From the human T2T-CHM13v2.0 reference genome, Homo sapiens: a stretch of DNA of 64,000 bases. The stretch's first letter is position 1, and every line of letters starts with the position of its first letter. Both the position numbers and the translations under genes were made by a program. Under the pieces are notes generated by a model that saw only the letters and a program-made list of their open reading frames with translations, ran no database searches and was not told the origin of the DNA. Where the stretch lies: the NCBI RefSeq assembly GCF_009914755.1, contig NC_060933.1. One strand, 5' to 3'. Below are positions 1 through 14,420 of the stretch, in pieces.

Positions 1-220
1 CAATCCTGTGAGACCCAGTCTCTACAAAAAATTTTTAAAAATAAATTAGCCAGGTGTGGGGGCACATGCCTGTAGCCCTAACCACTCAGGAGGCTAAGGC
101 AGAAGGATCACTTAAGCCCAGGACTTTGAGTCTGCAATGAGCCAAGATTGTGTCACTGCACTCCAGCCTGGTCAACAGAGCAAGACCCTATCGCTAAGGA
201 AAAAAAAAGAAAAAAAAAAA
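1..220 (+). mobile_element. Alu (AluJ-like), truncated by window start
   Basis: A-rich linker, right arm (…cactccagcctggtcaacagagcaagaccc…) and poly-A tail. Confidence 0.9.
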
Positions 221-239
221 GGAATCATATACCATGACC

Positions 240-1822
240 AATGCGATTACTTCCTCAACTTGATAAAGCAATATCTACAAAAAAATCTTATAGTTTAATG
301 GAAATAAATTAGACGCTTGCCTCTTAACATCAGGAAGAAAAAGTCCCCCCCCTTACCATTCCTGTCCAACATTGGACTAGAAGTCATAGCTAATGCAGTA
401 AGACAAGAAAAGGAAATGAAAGGTATAGAGATTTGGAAGGAAGAAATAAAATTTTCTGTGTTCAGTGGATTGTCAATGTAGAAAATCCCAATGAATTGAC
501 AAAGAAACCTCCTGAAGTAACAAATGACTATAGTATGTTTGAAGGATACAAGGTTATTATAGGAAAGTCAATTTTTAAAAATATATTAGCAATGAACAAA
601 TGGAATTTGAAATTAAAAACATATTTGAAGTTAAAACCATTTACATTAGCACCAAAATAAAATAAAATATTTAGGTATAAATCTAAGAGAATATGTGCAA
701 GATCTATATGAGGAAAACTAGAAAACTTAGATGAAAGAAATAAAAAGAAGATCTAAATAAATGAAGAGCTACTTCATGTTTATGAATAGGAAGATCATTA
801 TTGTTCTTTCTGACTTGATCTATGGATTCAACACAATCCAAATGAAAATCCCAGCAAGTTATTTTGTGGATATTGACACACTAATTCAAAATTTATATGA
901 AAGGACAAAAGACCAGAATAGCAAACATAACACTGAAGAAGAAAAAGAACCAAGTCAGTGGACTGACACTGCTCAACTCCAAAATTTACTATAAAGCTCT
1001 AGTAATCAAAACAGTATGGTATTAGTAAAAGAATAGGTAACTAGACCAATGGAACAGAAGAGAGAGTCCTGGTAGGCCCCTGTGAATATAGTCAACTGAT
1101 CTTTGACACAGGAGTAAATGCAATTCAATGTAGAGAGGTTAGTCTTTTCAACAAGCTGTGCTGGCACAATTGTGCATCAATAAGCAAAACAAATAAATAA
1201 GAGAATCTAAACACAGAACTTACACCTTTCACAAAAATGAAGTCAAAATGGATCACAGACCTACGTGTAAAATACAAACTATAAAATTTCTAGATGATAA
1301 TATGGGAGAAAATCTAGATGACCTCGGGTTTGGCTATAAAATTTTAGACACAAGACCAAGAGCAAGATTCATGAAGGAAAAAAATTGTTAAGTTGAACTT
1401 TATTAAGATTAAAAACTTCTCCTCTGAAAAGACATTGTTAAGAAAATGAGATAAGCCACAGACTGGGAGAAAAGTATATGCAAAATATATATCTGATAAA
1501 GAACTTGTCTCCAAAATATACAAAGAATTCTTAAAACTCAACAATTAAAAAAACTCAATTAAAACATGGGCAAAAGAGCTGAACAGACATCTCACCAAAG
1601 AAGTTATACAGATGACAAATAAGCGTATGTAAAGATACTCAACATCAAATGTCTTTAGGGAATTGCAAAGTAAGACAATGAGGTGGCACTATATACCTAT
1701 CAAAATGGCTAAATCCAAAAAACTGAGTACACTAAGTGTTGACAAGGATGTGGGGCAAAAAGAACTCTCATTGATTACTGTAGGAATGCAAAATGGTACT
1801 ACTACTTTGGAAGACAGTCTGG
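240..1822 (+). mobile_element. Old L1 (L1MC-like) ORF2 3' fragment
   Basis: A-rich with degenerate ORF2 motifs (ctagaagtcatagctaatgcagtaagacaagaaaagg; gggcaaaagagctgaacagacatctcaccaaagaag) and many stop codons. Confidence 0.85.
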
Positions 1823-2140
1823 CGTCCCTCAGCATCCACAGGAGATCAGTTCCAGGTAACCCCACCGCTACCAAATTCTGCAGATACTCGAGTTCCTTAT
1901 ATAAAATGGTGTAGTATTTGCATATAACCTATGCACATCCTGCTGTATACTTCAAATTATCTCTAGATTACTTATAATACCTAACACAATGTAAATGTTA
2001 TGTAACTGTTACACTGTATTTTTTATTTGTATTTTTAAAATTGTTATATTATTTTTTATTTTTCTTAAAAAAAACCTACCAATCCATGGCTGATTTAAAT
2101 CTGCACATGTGGAATGCATGGATATGGAAGACTCACTGCA
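1823..2140 (+). mobile_element. MER2-like TcMar-Tigger DNA transposon
   Basis: gtccctcagcatcc…ataaaatggtgtagtatttgcatataacctatgcacatcc…ggatatggaagactcactg, with terminal inverted-repeat remnants. Confidence 0.75.
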
Positions 2141-2801
2141 TATATATATAGACAGAGAGATAAATAGATACAGATGTAGATAGATACAGAGATAGATATA
2201 GATATTCATAGATATGGATATGTGAAAGGGGATTTATTAGGGGAATTGGCTCAGGGCTGAGAAGTCCCACATACAACAGACCATCTTTAAAGTGGAGACC
2301 CTAGGAAGTCAGTGGTGTGGCTCAGTCCAAGTCTGATGGCCCACGAACAAGAGATGCCAATGGTGTAACTCTCAGTCCCAGGCCTAAGGCCTAAGTAGTT
2401 GGAGCTGGAGGGGTGGGGGTGAGGGGAGGACCTGGTGTAAGTCCTGGATTCCAAAGGTCAGAGAACCTGGAGTTCTGACGTCCAAAGACAGGAGAAGAAG
2501 AGTGTCCCAGCTCCATGAGGGAGCAGTGAAGGGGGAGGAGTGGGGAGGTGGTGGGCAAGAGAGAGAGAGAAAGAGAAAGAGAGTCATCTTGGCCTTTTTG
2601 TTGCTGTTGTTCTATTTGGGCCCCCAGCTGATTGGATGGTGCCCACTCACATTGAGAGTGAATCTTCGCCATCCAGTTCACTAACTCACACACCAATCTC
2701 CTATGGAAACACTGTCACAGACACACCCAGAACTAATGCTTTACCAGTTCTCTAGGTATCCCTTACTCCAGTCAAGTAGACACCTGAAATTAACCATTGC
2801 A
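2141..2801 (-). mobile_element. MLT2 (MLT2B-like) ERVL LTR
   Basis: gagaagtccca…gattggatggtgcccactcacattgag…cacagacacacccag…aaattaaccattgca, the reverse complement of the MLT2 5' end. Confidence 0.8.
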
Positions 2802-3497
2802 CCATACAATCCAACCATCACGTCCTTGGTAATTGCCCAATCGTGCTACAAACTTATGTCCACACAAAACCCACGCACGAATGTTTATAGTAGCTTTAAT
2901 TATGATTGCCAAAAACTAGAAGCAAGCAAGGTGTATCTCAGTCAGTGAATAGACGAACAAACTGTGGCATATCTGTTCAATGGACTATTATTCAGAGATA
3001 AAAAGAAATGAGCTGGCAAGCCATAAAAGACATGGAGAAACCTTAAATGCATATTGTTAAGTGAAAAGAGCCAGTCTGAAAAGGCTAGATACGATATGAT
3101 TCCAACAATATGACTTTCTGAAAAAGGCTAAACTATAGAGAGTAAAAAGATCAGGCGCTCACGGAGGGGAGGGCTGAACAGGGGGAGCACAGGGAATTTT
3201 TAGGGCAGTGAAACTATTCTGTATTACACTGTAATGGTGGCTACATTTGTCAAATGTCAAATCCCACAGAACTGTACAACACAAAGAGTGAACCTTAATG
3301 CAAACTACAGACTTGAGTCGATCATAATATACCAAGGTTTTTCCATTAATTATAACAGCACAATCATGCAAGATGGTGTTATAAGGAAACTGTGTGCATG
3401 GGAATGGGAGAGTGCATGGGAATTCTGTACTATCTGCTCAATTTTTTCTGTAACTATATGTTCTAAAAATATTAAGCCTATTAATTTTTTAAAAAAG
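2802..3497 (+). mobile_element. L1MC-like 3' end (continuation of the 240-1822 element)
   Basis: aaacttatgtccacacaaaacc…aagccagtctgaaaaggcta…gtcaaatcccacagaactgtacaacacaaagagtgaacc, then A-rich end. Confidence 0.8.
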
Positions 3498-6400
3498 GCT
3501 TTTACAGCACCTGGCCTGTGTTAGGTGCTTGATAAATGTAGCTGGTGTTGGCGTCAATCACCGGCAGTTGCATTAGGAGAGAGCCTGCTGGAGAAGATAC
3601 AGTCAGGAGACCTGGGTCTCAGCCTGAGCACTGCAGGGGCTATTGGAGGTGGCCCCTAACCCGTCCCATCCTTATTTCCACAGCTCTAAATCTGGAATAA
3701 GAGAAATTCCTCCCCTCAGTGCAGTTGGGAGCACTGAGTGCTGTGTTTTGCAACAATAAAGTGTGTGCAAACAATTTACTGCCTGCTCCAGGCTGTGGGA
3801 GGAACGGATGGATGAGAGGAGTGGTGGGGGGGAAGCCCTCACAGCCCCGAGAGCTCCCTGGACATGCTGTTGTTGTTAACGCCAGGCTTAGCCAAGACCA
3901 AGGGCCAGACCATCCTACTAAACACAGCTCTGCCCAATTCTCAGGCCTGGGAGAATTTGAGGGCCGGGACGGGGCTCACATCTTCATGTGCCTGTGACGG
4001 TTGTCACTGCGCAAGGCAGACCAGGACTGAGACTCGGGGCTGGCCCCTGTTCTGCCCCTGCCTGCCTGTGGAGCTGTTTCTAGCCCTCTGAGCCTTGGTT
4101 TCCTCCTCTGTATATAGGGTCACGGTAGAGCTCACTGGGAGTGTGTGCACTGTGTGGACAAGTGACTTTGGAAATGGTTTGTAATCTGTGACACACACAC
4201 CCACCAGGAAGGATGGTGGTGGTTAGACAGAGAAAAAGCTACTGTTTGGGCCAGGTGCATACTTTATCACTAAATCCTGACAGTGCCCCAAGGTAGATGT
4301 CATTGCCCCATTTCAAAGGACACTGAGGCTCCCAGAGGTGCAGTGCCCCCTCTCAGGGCTTCCCGAGGGAAGGTAGCAGAGTATTGAAACCCGGCCTGTC
4401 TAACTCAGCTGCCGGCTTTCTACACAACACTGGATCCTGCGGCTGCTGTTCCTACAAGATCTGGGGATGGTGGGCAACAAGTGTAGGGAGAGGGGAGGCC
4501 TACATCAAAAAGAATTCAGCTTTCTCCCCTTTGTCTGTTTTTGGGGGGTGGGGCCAGACGATGGGCAGAGATCCTATTCTCTCCACCCTCAAGGTGACTG
4601 AGGATGAGGAAGGACAGGCACTCGCCCGACAAAGGGGCAGCGGGTGTGACTCCACCTAGTCTGGTGGCACTACGGGTGCAGAAGTGGCTTTAGCAGGCCT
4701 GGGAGATCAGGGTCTGGGTGAGCGAGGGGGAGGTTGAGCCGGCATCTCTGCTGGCTCTCTTGCTTTTATTAAAAATAATTCTGACGCCAACTATTTTGTA
4801 AGCGTGTAGGGCACACATCCAGAGAGGCCCATCTGACTGCGAGATAATTTCAAGGCTGAAGAACATCGTTCGTGCCAGACACCTCGCACGAGGCGCTGCG
4901 TGAAACTGGCCTACTTATCCGAGGCCTCCTGTATTTCAGGGGGAGGGGGCAAGCCATGTTTATGTATAAAGGAGACTGCGCTCAACATTCCAAATGAAAA
5001 TACTCTTCAATATTTCAGTGCATCGTTAACCAAATACATTTCAGCTGGGGCTTACTCCAGCCGATGTGAGCAGAGGCGTCAGATGACTCGCAGTCGGTGA
5101 CTGAGGGATTTTGCTGAGAGATGGTCATGAGGCTCAGACACCCATGGGATTGGTGGGTTGCCGCGGCTGAGCCCTGGTCCATGGGACATGTGTAGCAGGG
5201 CACCTGCTAGATGCCAGTCTCAGTGCTTGGCCTCATGCAGGCGGGAACAGCTCTGTTTCCTGGATGTTGGCCTCATGTCGGGGGCAGATGTCCAGGCCCT
5301 TTCACAGTACTCAATGTGTGCTGTGGTCAAGGGCAGCGCTGGGTGCTGCGGAGCAGGTGAGACGGTACTGGGCCCAGCCTGAGCACTGGGGGAGGCTCTG
5401 TGAGGGAGGGGACCTGGGGGGTGGTGGTGAGCAAGGAGAGGGGGTTCCTGCAGAGGTGGGGGCCTGAGGGGGCCGGCCATTCTGGCTGGAGTGAGTGTGA
5501 GGCTAGTGATGAGTGGGGATGCAGAGTGGACAGGGGTCCAGCTCTCAAGGCCCTGAAATGCGCCAATGTCCTCCCCTGGGGTTGGAATTGTGAGACCAGT
5601 GACTGCAGGCAGCTGGGGGCCGGCACAGGCCTGTAAGTGATGGGAGCAGGCAGGGCTCCTGCTTCACACAGCCATGGACGAGGCTGCCAGCACCACATTT
5701 CCTCTGTCTTCCCCAGCCTCACTGTCCCCACTGTCGCCAGGGTGGGATGAGGAGGGCCTGGCACTCTGTCAGCCACCAAGGGAGAGTCTGTTGCGGCCAC
5801 GTCCTGACCCTCTCATCTGGCTGTGAGGCAGGCCCTTCTTCCCATCTCTGTCCCCAGCACCTGCAGAGCAGCTGGCAGGGGTAGGTGCCCCAGAAGCACT
5901 TCCCGAGAAAGTAGTGCAGTAGGAGCAATGGGATCACACTAGGGGCAGACCCGCTTCCTGAGCATTTTCCACAGGCAGACATGGCCCTGAGCGCTTTCCG
6001 TGTTTTGTTTCATTTCATCCATCCCAAGGTTTCCAGGAGGCAGGCACCATTATTATCTCCACTTTACACCTGATGAACTTGAGGCTTGGAGGAAGTTGCC
6101 TAACTTCCCTGAGGTTAGCTAGCAAGTGACCAAGCGCAGATTGAAAGCCCAGTTTGTCTGATTCTGGAGACTGTGGCTTTGGGTATATAGCAAGTCAACC
6201 CAAGGCAGCCCCCGGAGCTGGGCACATAGCTCAGGAGGCAGGCATGTAGCTCATCAAGCAGTGGAAGAAATGTTTCTTATTTTGGTCAAAGAGCACTCAG
6301 CATATGTCAGATAATAAACAATGCCATTCTTAGATCTCCCTCTCCAAGCAAGAGGTGTGTGGTGTTTGAGCTCTCATGGGAAGGGGACGTGGGGAAGACT

Positions 6401-7989
6401 CCACAGTCAGTTTTTTCTTCCTTTGCTCTCATGTTCCCTTTGGTTACTGAAAGGGACCTTTAGCTTATATCTTAAAATAGCAAAAACATCTGGCTTTGAA
6501 GTAAACAAAGTTCAGAAGCCCCCAGATGTTGGTCTTTTGTTAGGACCAGGACAAGATTCTTGGTTGCCCAGCTCAAATGTTACCTTTGCGAGTAAAATGT
6601 TTGTCTCTCACAGCTGACACCATGATTTTGCCTTTAATTGCCTAATCTTGATGCTGTCCTCATCTCTTACCACGGAGATGTGAAATTCCACTCTGGAAAG
6701 AGCTGAGGGCAAAGTCTCCATGATAAGAAGGACCTCCTGAGTGCAATTTACATGAAATAAATGCATCTTCACTGACAAATTTGTTTCTTTATTTGAATTC
6801 TGGGCAATGAGAGGGCTACTCGAGGGCTACGACATCCCAGTTTTGCTGATAACATCCTCATTTAGAGTTCTGTGTCCTGCTGGAAATTCTAGAAGTGAAA
6901 ATTAAAATTCTTATCTTTTTTTTAAATGACAATTAACATTGGCATGCTGGAGAGCATAAGCTACATGTTACTAAATTCCATCCAGCTCTTGAAGAGCCAT
7001 TGACATTCTGACAGAGGTGAAGGCAAGCCCATTTGGGGAATGATGAACCCAGGGTGCAGACGGGGGGTTCCTTAGGTGGGGAGAGCCACATATTAGATGT
7101 AGGTCACTGTCAAATTCTAGCTTTTGTTTTGAGTGGTGAGTTTGCGGATGCTTATTCCATTATTAAAAATAGCTAATTTAAAAAGCTAACTAAATAAAAG
7201 TAGGTTATGCGTGGATCATGATGGAAGTGTCTCATGAACCCAGGGTGATGGGTGATGGCTAATCTAATTCTATGCACCTGAGGTCTAATAAAACACAAAA
7301 CAAACAATCAAAAGCAAATTTATTTAAACGGATTATTTGAGTTTTAGATTTCATCATGTGCATGCTTTTTCTCACTAGTTTTTATTTTTTTCCTAATTAT
7401 TTTAAGCACCATTTTTTCTTCTCCATTTCAATAGCAAGGTCTCCTTTTGCAGGTTATTTTTGTTCTTAAAGGTCTCAAGCATCAGGGATCTGGTTAACCC
7501 CTTCAGTGGGCACCAAAGTCTTATAACGGCAGAAGGAAGGTCTGGCTGGCTGCGGGAGAGGGGAAGATGCTTTAGCACTTTGACACAGCAGGCACTGGGT
7601 ATGGGTGATGATCCAGTCCAAATGGGCGTTCAGAGGAGGGGAGGGAGACCCTGTCAAAGAGACCACCTCTACTCTGAGCCACGGTTCTCACACTCAGGAT
7701 TCCCTGCTTTGAGGATGCAGGGCATCTTTTATTTTTGCATTTGTCTGCTCATCAAACATTAACTGGGCACTGGGCGAGATGCTTTGCATGTTCCAGGCCA
7801 TGTGCTAGGCCCTCAAGGATACAGAATGCACAGTGGGTGGCTTTTCTGGGTCACAGCATGCTACGTGCCTTGTATGCGTTCTATCTTAACCCTCACAGCA
7901 ACCTTCCTCTGTTGCTTCCCCCCATGATAGCTCTGGTCATATACTATTGCAATCGTCAACTGTATGTCATATTCATTTGTGACTGAGAG

Positions 7990-8500
<511 letters not shown>

Positions 8501-11075
8501 TTTTTGTCTCACATAAATGTTCAGTAAATGGTCTCTTTTTTTCCCTTAAGAGGCTAGGATCTGTACCTAATTTATCTTTATATCCCTGCAGGGCACAATA
8601 CCTGGTAACACATTCACTAGCTGTTAGTTGAATGGATGAATGAATGAATGAGTACGTGTTCTTTGAGCGTGAGAACCCAGGCTCTATCATTCTTCACAGG
8701 CTTCTTTCTTTTCAGCCCCCAGCAGCTGTGGGATGGGGAAAGCCGTCTCCCTCAGCATGGCACCCACACCTCCAGCCAGTACCTAACTGGATCTGAGGGC
8801 CTCGAACCCCTTGGATCCACACCATGGAGGGAAGAAAAGAAGACCCTCTGGTCTTTCTGCTGACACTTGGCAAAAGGAAGAACGACCACTTAACCACAGA
8901 CTGCTCCTTTTGCTACTCAGTAGCTTCCTGAACGGTCCTAAGAAGGTGGCTGTCTCCAGATGCCCCTCTCCTTGAGAATCAGGGGCTTGGACCAGCCTTG
9001 AGAAGGAGGCAAGAACTGGGCCCTGGCTGGCACCAGCAGTGGCTCCTGAGACCACAGGCACAGAAGGCTTCCCATGTGTGGCTTTCATGCCCAGGCCCAC
9101 TTCCTAGACCCCCAGGCCCTGCTATTTCCTTCCAGGAGTGAGGAAAACTCAGAGGACGGAGGAAAGGGAGACAGGAGGTTGGACAGGCACCCTCTCTGCT
9201 CCAGTTCTGTCCTCCCAGCAGGCCCTGTGAGTTGACTTTTATCCTCCCGCTGCTGCCGTCCCCTCTGACTCCTGCTTCACCAGCCCTGCCCCCTCTGTAT
9301 CACTTAAGTGAACAAGCACTGCTTGGTGTAGCCCTGGATGGGGGGAGAGCACCCTGGGTGAGGAGGTAGGAGGACTGAGTTCAAATCTTGCCTTCTTTTG
9401 CTGCTCCCTGGCTGTGGGAGTTTAGACAAGTCACTTTTGCTCTTGGAACCTTAGGGTACTCATCTGTAAAAAGGGGTGCTGTTGCCCACCTCGAAGGCCT
9501 GGCGTGAGAATTTGCAGCGATATATGCACAAGTGAAGTAATCTCAAAACTGCTGTTACTACTATTCCACCTGGTGATGACTATTCCACCTAGTCAGGGGC
9601 TGAGGTCTGGCCAAGGGCCTGGGAGATCCCAGCCCTGAATTTGCTTATCAGTATGTGCTAAAAATAAGTATTTTTCTCATTTCCATAGCTTGGTCAGCAG
9701 AATACGGAGACCCTGGCAGACCCCAGAAAACCTCACCGGAGCTTGAATTGCGGACAGCCCCCGTGGATTCCGCTTACCGGGAGCAATTTAAGAGGCAAAC
9801 AAAACATGAAAAACTACTCAGAATTAACAATGGGCCAGATGGTAATGCTAGTTTGCAGCAATAAAACATGATAAATAGCTTCCTGCTGCTACTCCTGATC
9901 AATTTCAATATTTAATAATTCCACTGCCACTCCCACCCCCTCATCTGGCCCCCTCCGTGGGATCCTGGATGACTCCCCACATTCAGCTCACAGAGCAAAC
10001 ACTTCTTTGCTTTCTGAAGGTGTCAGCAGAAAGTGCCGCTGCTCGATTGTCACATGAGCACTCTCAGTCCTCGAAATGATAATTAATCTGCCTACTTCTC
10101 CTGAAGACGCTCCATCTCACGCCTCTCCTGGTTGCCAGGGAGGGCTGTAAGGGAGCTGCCAACTGCAGAGATGCGATAGAGGCACTCATCTTGTTGATTC
10201 AATGACTGCTGCTATTTCCTGGGTTTTGCTTTTGACTTAAAGAAAGGGGAGCTGCAGGGAGCTCGGTGGTCATCTCACTCTAGGACCAGTGAGTAGGAGA
10301 AGGCAACCTGGAACGGGCTCGGGTGGATTGGTGTTTGAACCTTATCCACCAGCCATGCCTCTCTAGGCCTCAGTTTCCTCCTCTGCACAATGGAGATAAT
10401 CATATCTACCTCTAGGAGAATTCTAGCCGGTGCTGCACATGTAAAGTGCCTGCAGAGTGCTTGGCATATAAGAATTGGCCAAGAACTGGCAGCCAGGAGC
10501 ATCACTACTAAACACAAAGCCAAACAGCAAATGATGTCTGAGCGCCAGTGCCCTGCAGGAAGGACCGGCTGCATCTCTGTAGTTGGGAAGTTTCTGGCCC
10601 ACATGGGTGTAGGGCAGGATTGGCTAGGGGTGCAACAGCTGCCAGGCAGACTGCCCCCAGGATTCTCCCCAAGGGGTGTCCACTAATAAGATAAACTGCC
10701 TCGCACCATCAGCGAGGACTCCAAAGACCTCAGAGCCACCCTGGAGAGCAGGGATTGTTGGCGCCATTTTACAGATGAGGAACTGGAGATAAGGAGGTGG
10801 AATGACTTTTCAAGCTGACATGGGCAGGAAATGGCATAATCAATTCTAATCTGGATCTCCCAACCTGACTTCATGTCCTCTCCACAGACTCACAGGAGCA
10901 AGCTGCCCCACTCCTCACGACCCGGTGCCTCCCTTCTGTGCGTCCCTTTTGGAGGGAGGCAGCCAGAAGAGGGCGTGGCGTGGGTGCCAGGGTGCTGCGG
11001 GCTCACAGTTCCTGTGTGATCTGTGTCACCTGAGCTGCAGTTTACTCGTCTGTGAAATGAGACTCATAATGCCTA

Positions 11076-11581
<506 letters not shown>

Positions 11582-12324
11582 TCACAGAACCCTTCACCAC
11601 AGAACCTAGAGGATCAAGATCAAATTTTCTTGTGTGGCATTCAAGGCTTTGACAGCTCCCATAACCCCATCTCTACCCCTTCTCACATCCCTTTTTGCTC
11701 CAGCCCATCTGGGCTACTTGGTATGGTCTAAGCTCAACAGCCTCACCTGTGTCCAGGCCACGGCCAGGCAATAGCCCTGCCAGAGTGTCTGTCCCAGCCC
11801 TGTTCACCAGCTGATCCCGTACACCCTTCTCCTGAAGTCTTCCTTGGCCCTCCCTGGATGAGGAGCTCCTCCGCTGAGTTCCCGGATAGCTTCTCTGAGC
11901 TTCTCTCCCTCCGAGCCAGGCATCCTACTACCTAGCATCATTTTCTCATCTGCCTCCCAATGCTACAGTGAATTCTTTCAGGACGAGAACCAAGCACTAT
12001 ACCCTCCAGCCCACCCAAGGCTGGGCCCAGCATCTGCTCAGGAAATGTGTGTGAGGGGTGAACAAATGAATGAATAACTGAGTGTTCCCAGTATGGATGG
12101 AATCTGAGCCTTAAGCAAAGGCAAGGAATGCTAACGGTGGTATGAGAATTCGGTAGCAGACAGTGCTCCAGCATTTAAATTCAGCTCAATCCCTGGGATT
12201 ATGTCTAGATCTGATGGCATCATCTTCTTCCCCCATCTGAACCCTTGACAAGAAGGAACAGAAAATATACCACCCATGCCTGTCAGGACCCCCACAGGCC
12301 ATGGCAGAGGCATTTGTCAAATAC

Positions 12325-12431
12325 CTGAGTCCCGCTGGTCCAGGGTCATGGAGTTCCACCTCCGTGTGATGTCAATGTAGAGGATGTCCACGGCAGCCAT
12401 GGACAGGCTGCTGCTGCTGAGTTTGCAGCTC
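12325..12431 (-). CDS. TTLL11: TTLL11 internal coding exon (107 nt, phase 2-1): (R)SCKLSSSSLSMAAVDILYIDITRRWNSMTLDQRDS(G)
   Basis: Acceptor cacttcccattgttggcag|G, donor TCAG|gtattt. AG from the previous exon plus G gives AGG (Arg), continuing the frame. Too short for the ORF track. Confidence 0.93.
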
Positions 12432-12500
12432 CTGCCAACAATGGGAAGTGACATGTCACTGCCAGCCTGAAACCTGTCCTGTCTATCTCTCCTCCACTCC

Positions 12501-12866
12501 TGTTAGGGACTGAATGTTTGTCCTCCCCAAATCCATAGGTTGAAATCCTATCCCTCCAATGTGATGGTGTTAGGAGGTGGGGCCTCTGACAGGTGATTAG
12601 GTCGTGAGGGTGGAGCCCTTGGGAATGGGAATAGTGCTCTTCTAGGAAGAGACACTAGAGAGCCTGCCTCCTCTCTACTCTCCACCATGTGAACATAGAA
12701 GAAGGCAGCCGTCTGCAAACCAGGAATTGGGTCCTCACCAGACATCAGATCTACCAGCACCTTGATCTTGGTCTTCCCAGCCTCCAGAACCATGAGAAGT
12801 AAATGTTTGTTGTTTAAGCCACTGAGGCTGTGGCATTTTTGTTCTAGCAGCCTGAACCGACTGACA
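12501..12866 (+). mobile_element. MaLR solo LTR (MLT1A0-like)
   Basis: tgttagggactgaatgtttgtcctcccca…ggaggtggggcct…ccagcctccagaaccatgagaagtaaatgtttgttgtttaagcc…gactgaca, with TG…CA ends. Confidence 0.85.
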
Positions 12867-13075
12867 TTGTTTTTGTTTGGATTGTGTTCTGGGTCTGGAA
12901 TATCCTCCCTTACCACAGCTGGAACTACCGCAGGGTGACTGGCATGGAGCCATGGTAGAGAAGGCAGTGATGTAAGTGAGGTTAGATCCTCAGGTTCCTG
13001 TAAGTTCAGCCATTTGGTTAGTTATGGGTCTAACAGGCTGGAAAGAGCAAGAACTTTAGAAAAGCAAGGCAAGTG

Positions 13076-13364
13076 TTTTTTTTTTTTTTTTTGGATACAG
13101 AGTCTTGCTCTGTCATCCAGGCTGGAGTGCAGTATTGTAATCTCGGCTCACTGCAACCTCTGCCTCCTGGGTTCAAGCAGTTCTCCCTACGTCTGTCCCC
13201 TGAGTAGCTGGGATTACAGGTACCCAGCTAATTTTTATATTTTTAGTAGAGACGGAGTTTCACCATGTTGGCCAGGCTGGTCTTGAACTCCTGATCTCAG
13301 GTGATCCGCCCGCCTCGGCCTCCCCAAGTGCTGGGATTACAGGCGTGAGCCACTGTGCCTGGCC
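13076..13364 (-). mobile_element. AluS-like
   Basis: Poly-T then the reverse-complement Alu ending cctggcc, with a small internal deletion. Confidence 0.93.
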
Positions 13365-14194
13365 AGGAGAGCAAGTCTTGAGTTGTAGCCTGGCTCTGCC
13401 ACTTGGAAGCTGCATGGCCCTGGTTAAAACATTTCACCTTTCTGAGTCTCGGTGTCCTCATCTATAAAACAGGTGGTCTTTATTATAGTCATTGTGTGTC
13501 AGCCTGACCTTGCACAGCAATGTGGGTCCCTGCTTGCTCTAAAAGAGAACAAACTCCACATGTCAAGAAATACCACCAGCAACGTGTCCTCATCTTCCTA
13601 TCTCTTAGTCTCCAGAAGGAGGAGGGGAAGCTAGGCCCTCGGCACTGCCCTCTCCTGGAGTGTCCAGGCAGCTGACGGTGTCATGCTCAGATGACCCAAG
13701 GATGACAGCATGTCAACAGTACAGGCTGAAGCCATCACTACTGTCCAGAAGCAATTTCCCACTGGAAATGCTCACCAGATGAGTCCCTGAGGACAAATCT
13801 ATGGACAAGGGCTCAAGGCTTCTGTACTTTACCCATCTCAATCTGTCACCTGAAGATTCTACATAAGCCCTGAATCAGCCACACTAAGCCCCAGATTTAT
13901 AAAGCAGAACAGCACAGGCTGGGTCCTTGCTGCTCTGTGTGGGCTGACACAGAATTGCTGGGGAGGTTCCTTGTTCCTGACTTTAGGGGAGTCACCTGGA
14001 ATTGACAGGAGGATTGTGGGGGACGGGCCTCTGAGCTTTGGATGCTCCACTTGTTTAGGTGCAGGGAGGCCACAGTAACCAGGTTTTCAGTCTGATGTCA
14101 GCATTGGTGCTCCCTGTCCATGCCACAGCAGGGGTGTTTAGAATCCTCCTACCCCTCCCCAGCTTTTTTTTTTTTTGGTCTGGAAATGTGGAGG

Positions 14195-14420
14195 GGAGGG
14201 CAGTCTGGTATGCCAAAAAGAGCATGATTTAGGCATCAGACAGATTAGGATTTAAATCCTGACTGGAATCTTTTCTAGCTGTGTGACTGTGGGGAATTTA
14301 CTTAAACCTTCTGTGCTTTTATTTCTTGGGCTCTAAAATGAAGATGATAATACCTGCCCACATGGTTGTGAGTACATGCCAAGAACCCAGCATGGTGCCT
14401 GTCACCTGGTAGGCCCACAG
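14195..14420 (+). mobile_element. MIR
   Basis: ctagctgtgtgactgtggggaatttacttaaaccttctgtgc…aaaatgaagatgataatacctgcc. Confidence 0.7.

Noticed and set aside
5200-5990. Several overlapping GC-rich ORFs (up to 157 aa)
   Set aside because: CpG-depleted GC-rich isochore sequence with no splice-compatible or recognisable protein features.
9560-9593. Short duplication actattccacct (period 19)
   Set aside because: Ordinary slippage-type microduplication at a MIR edge with no evident motif.
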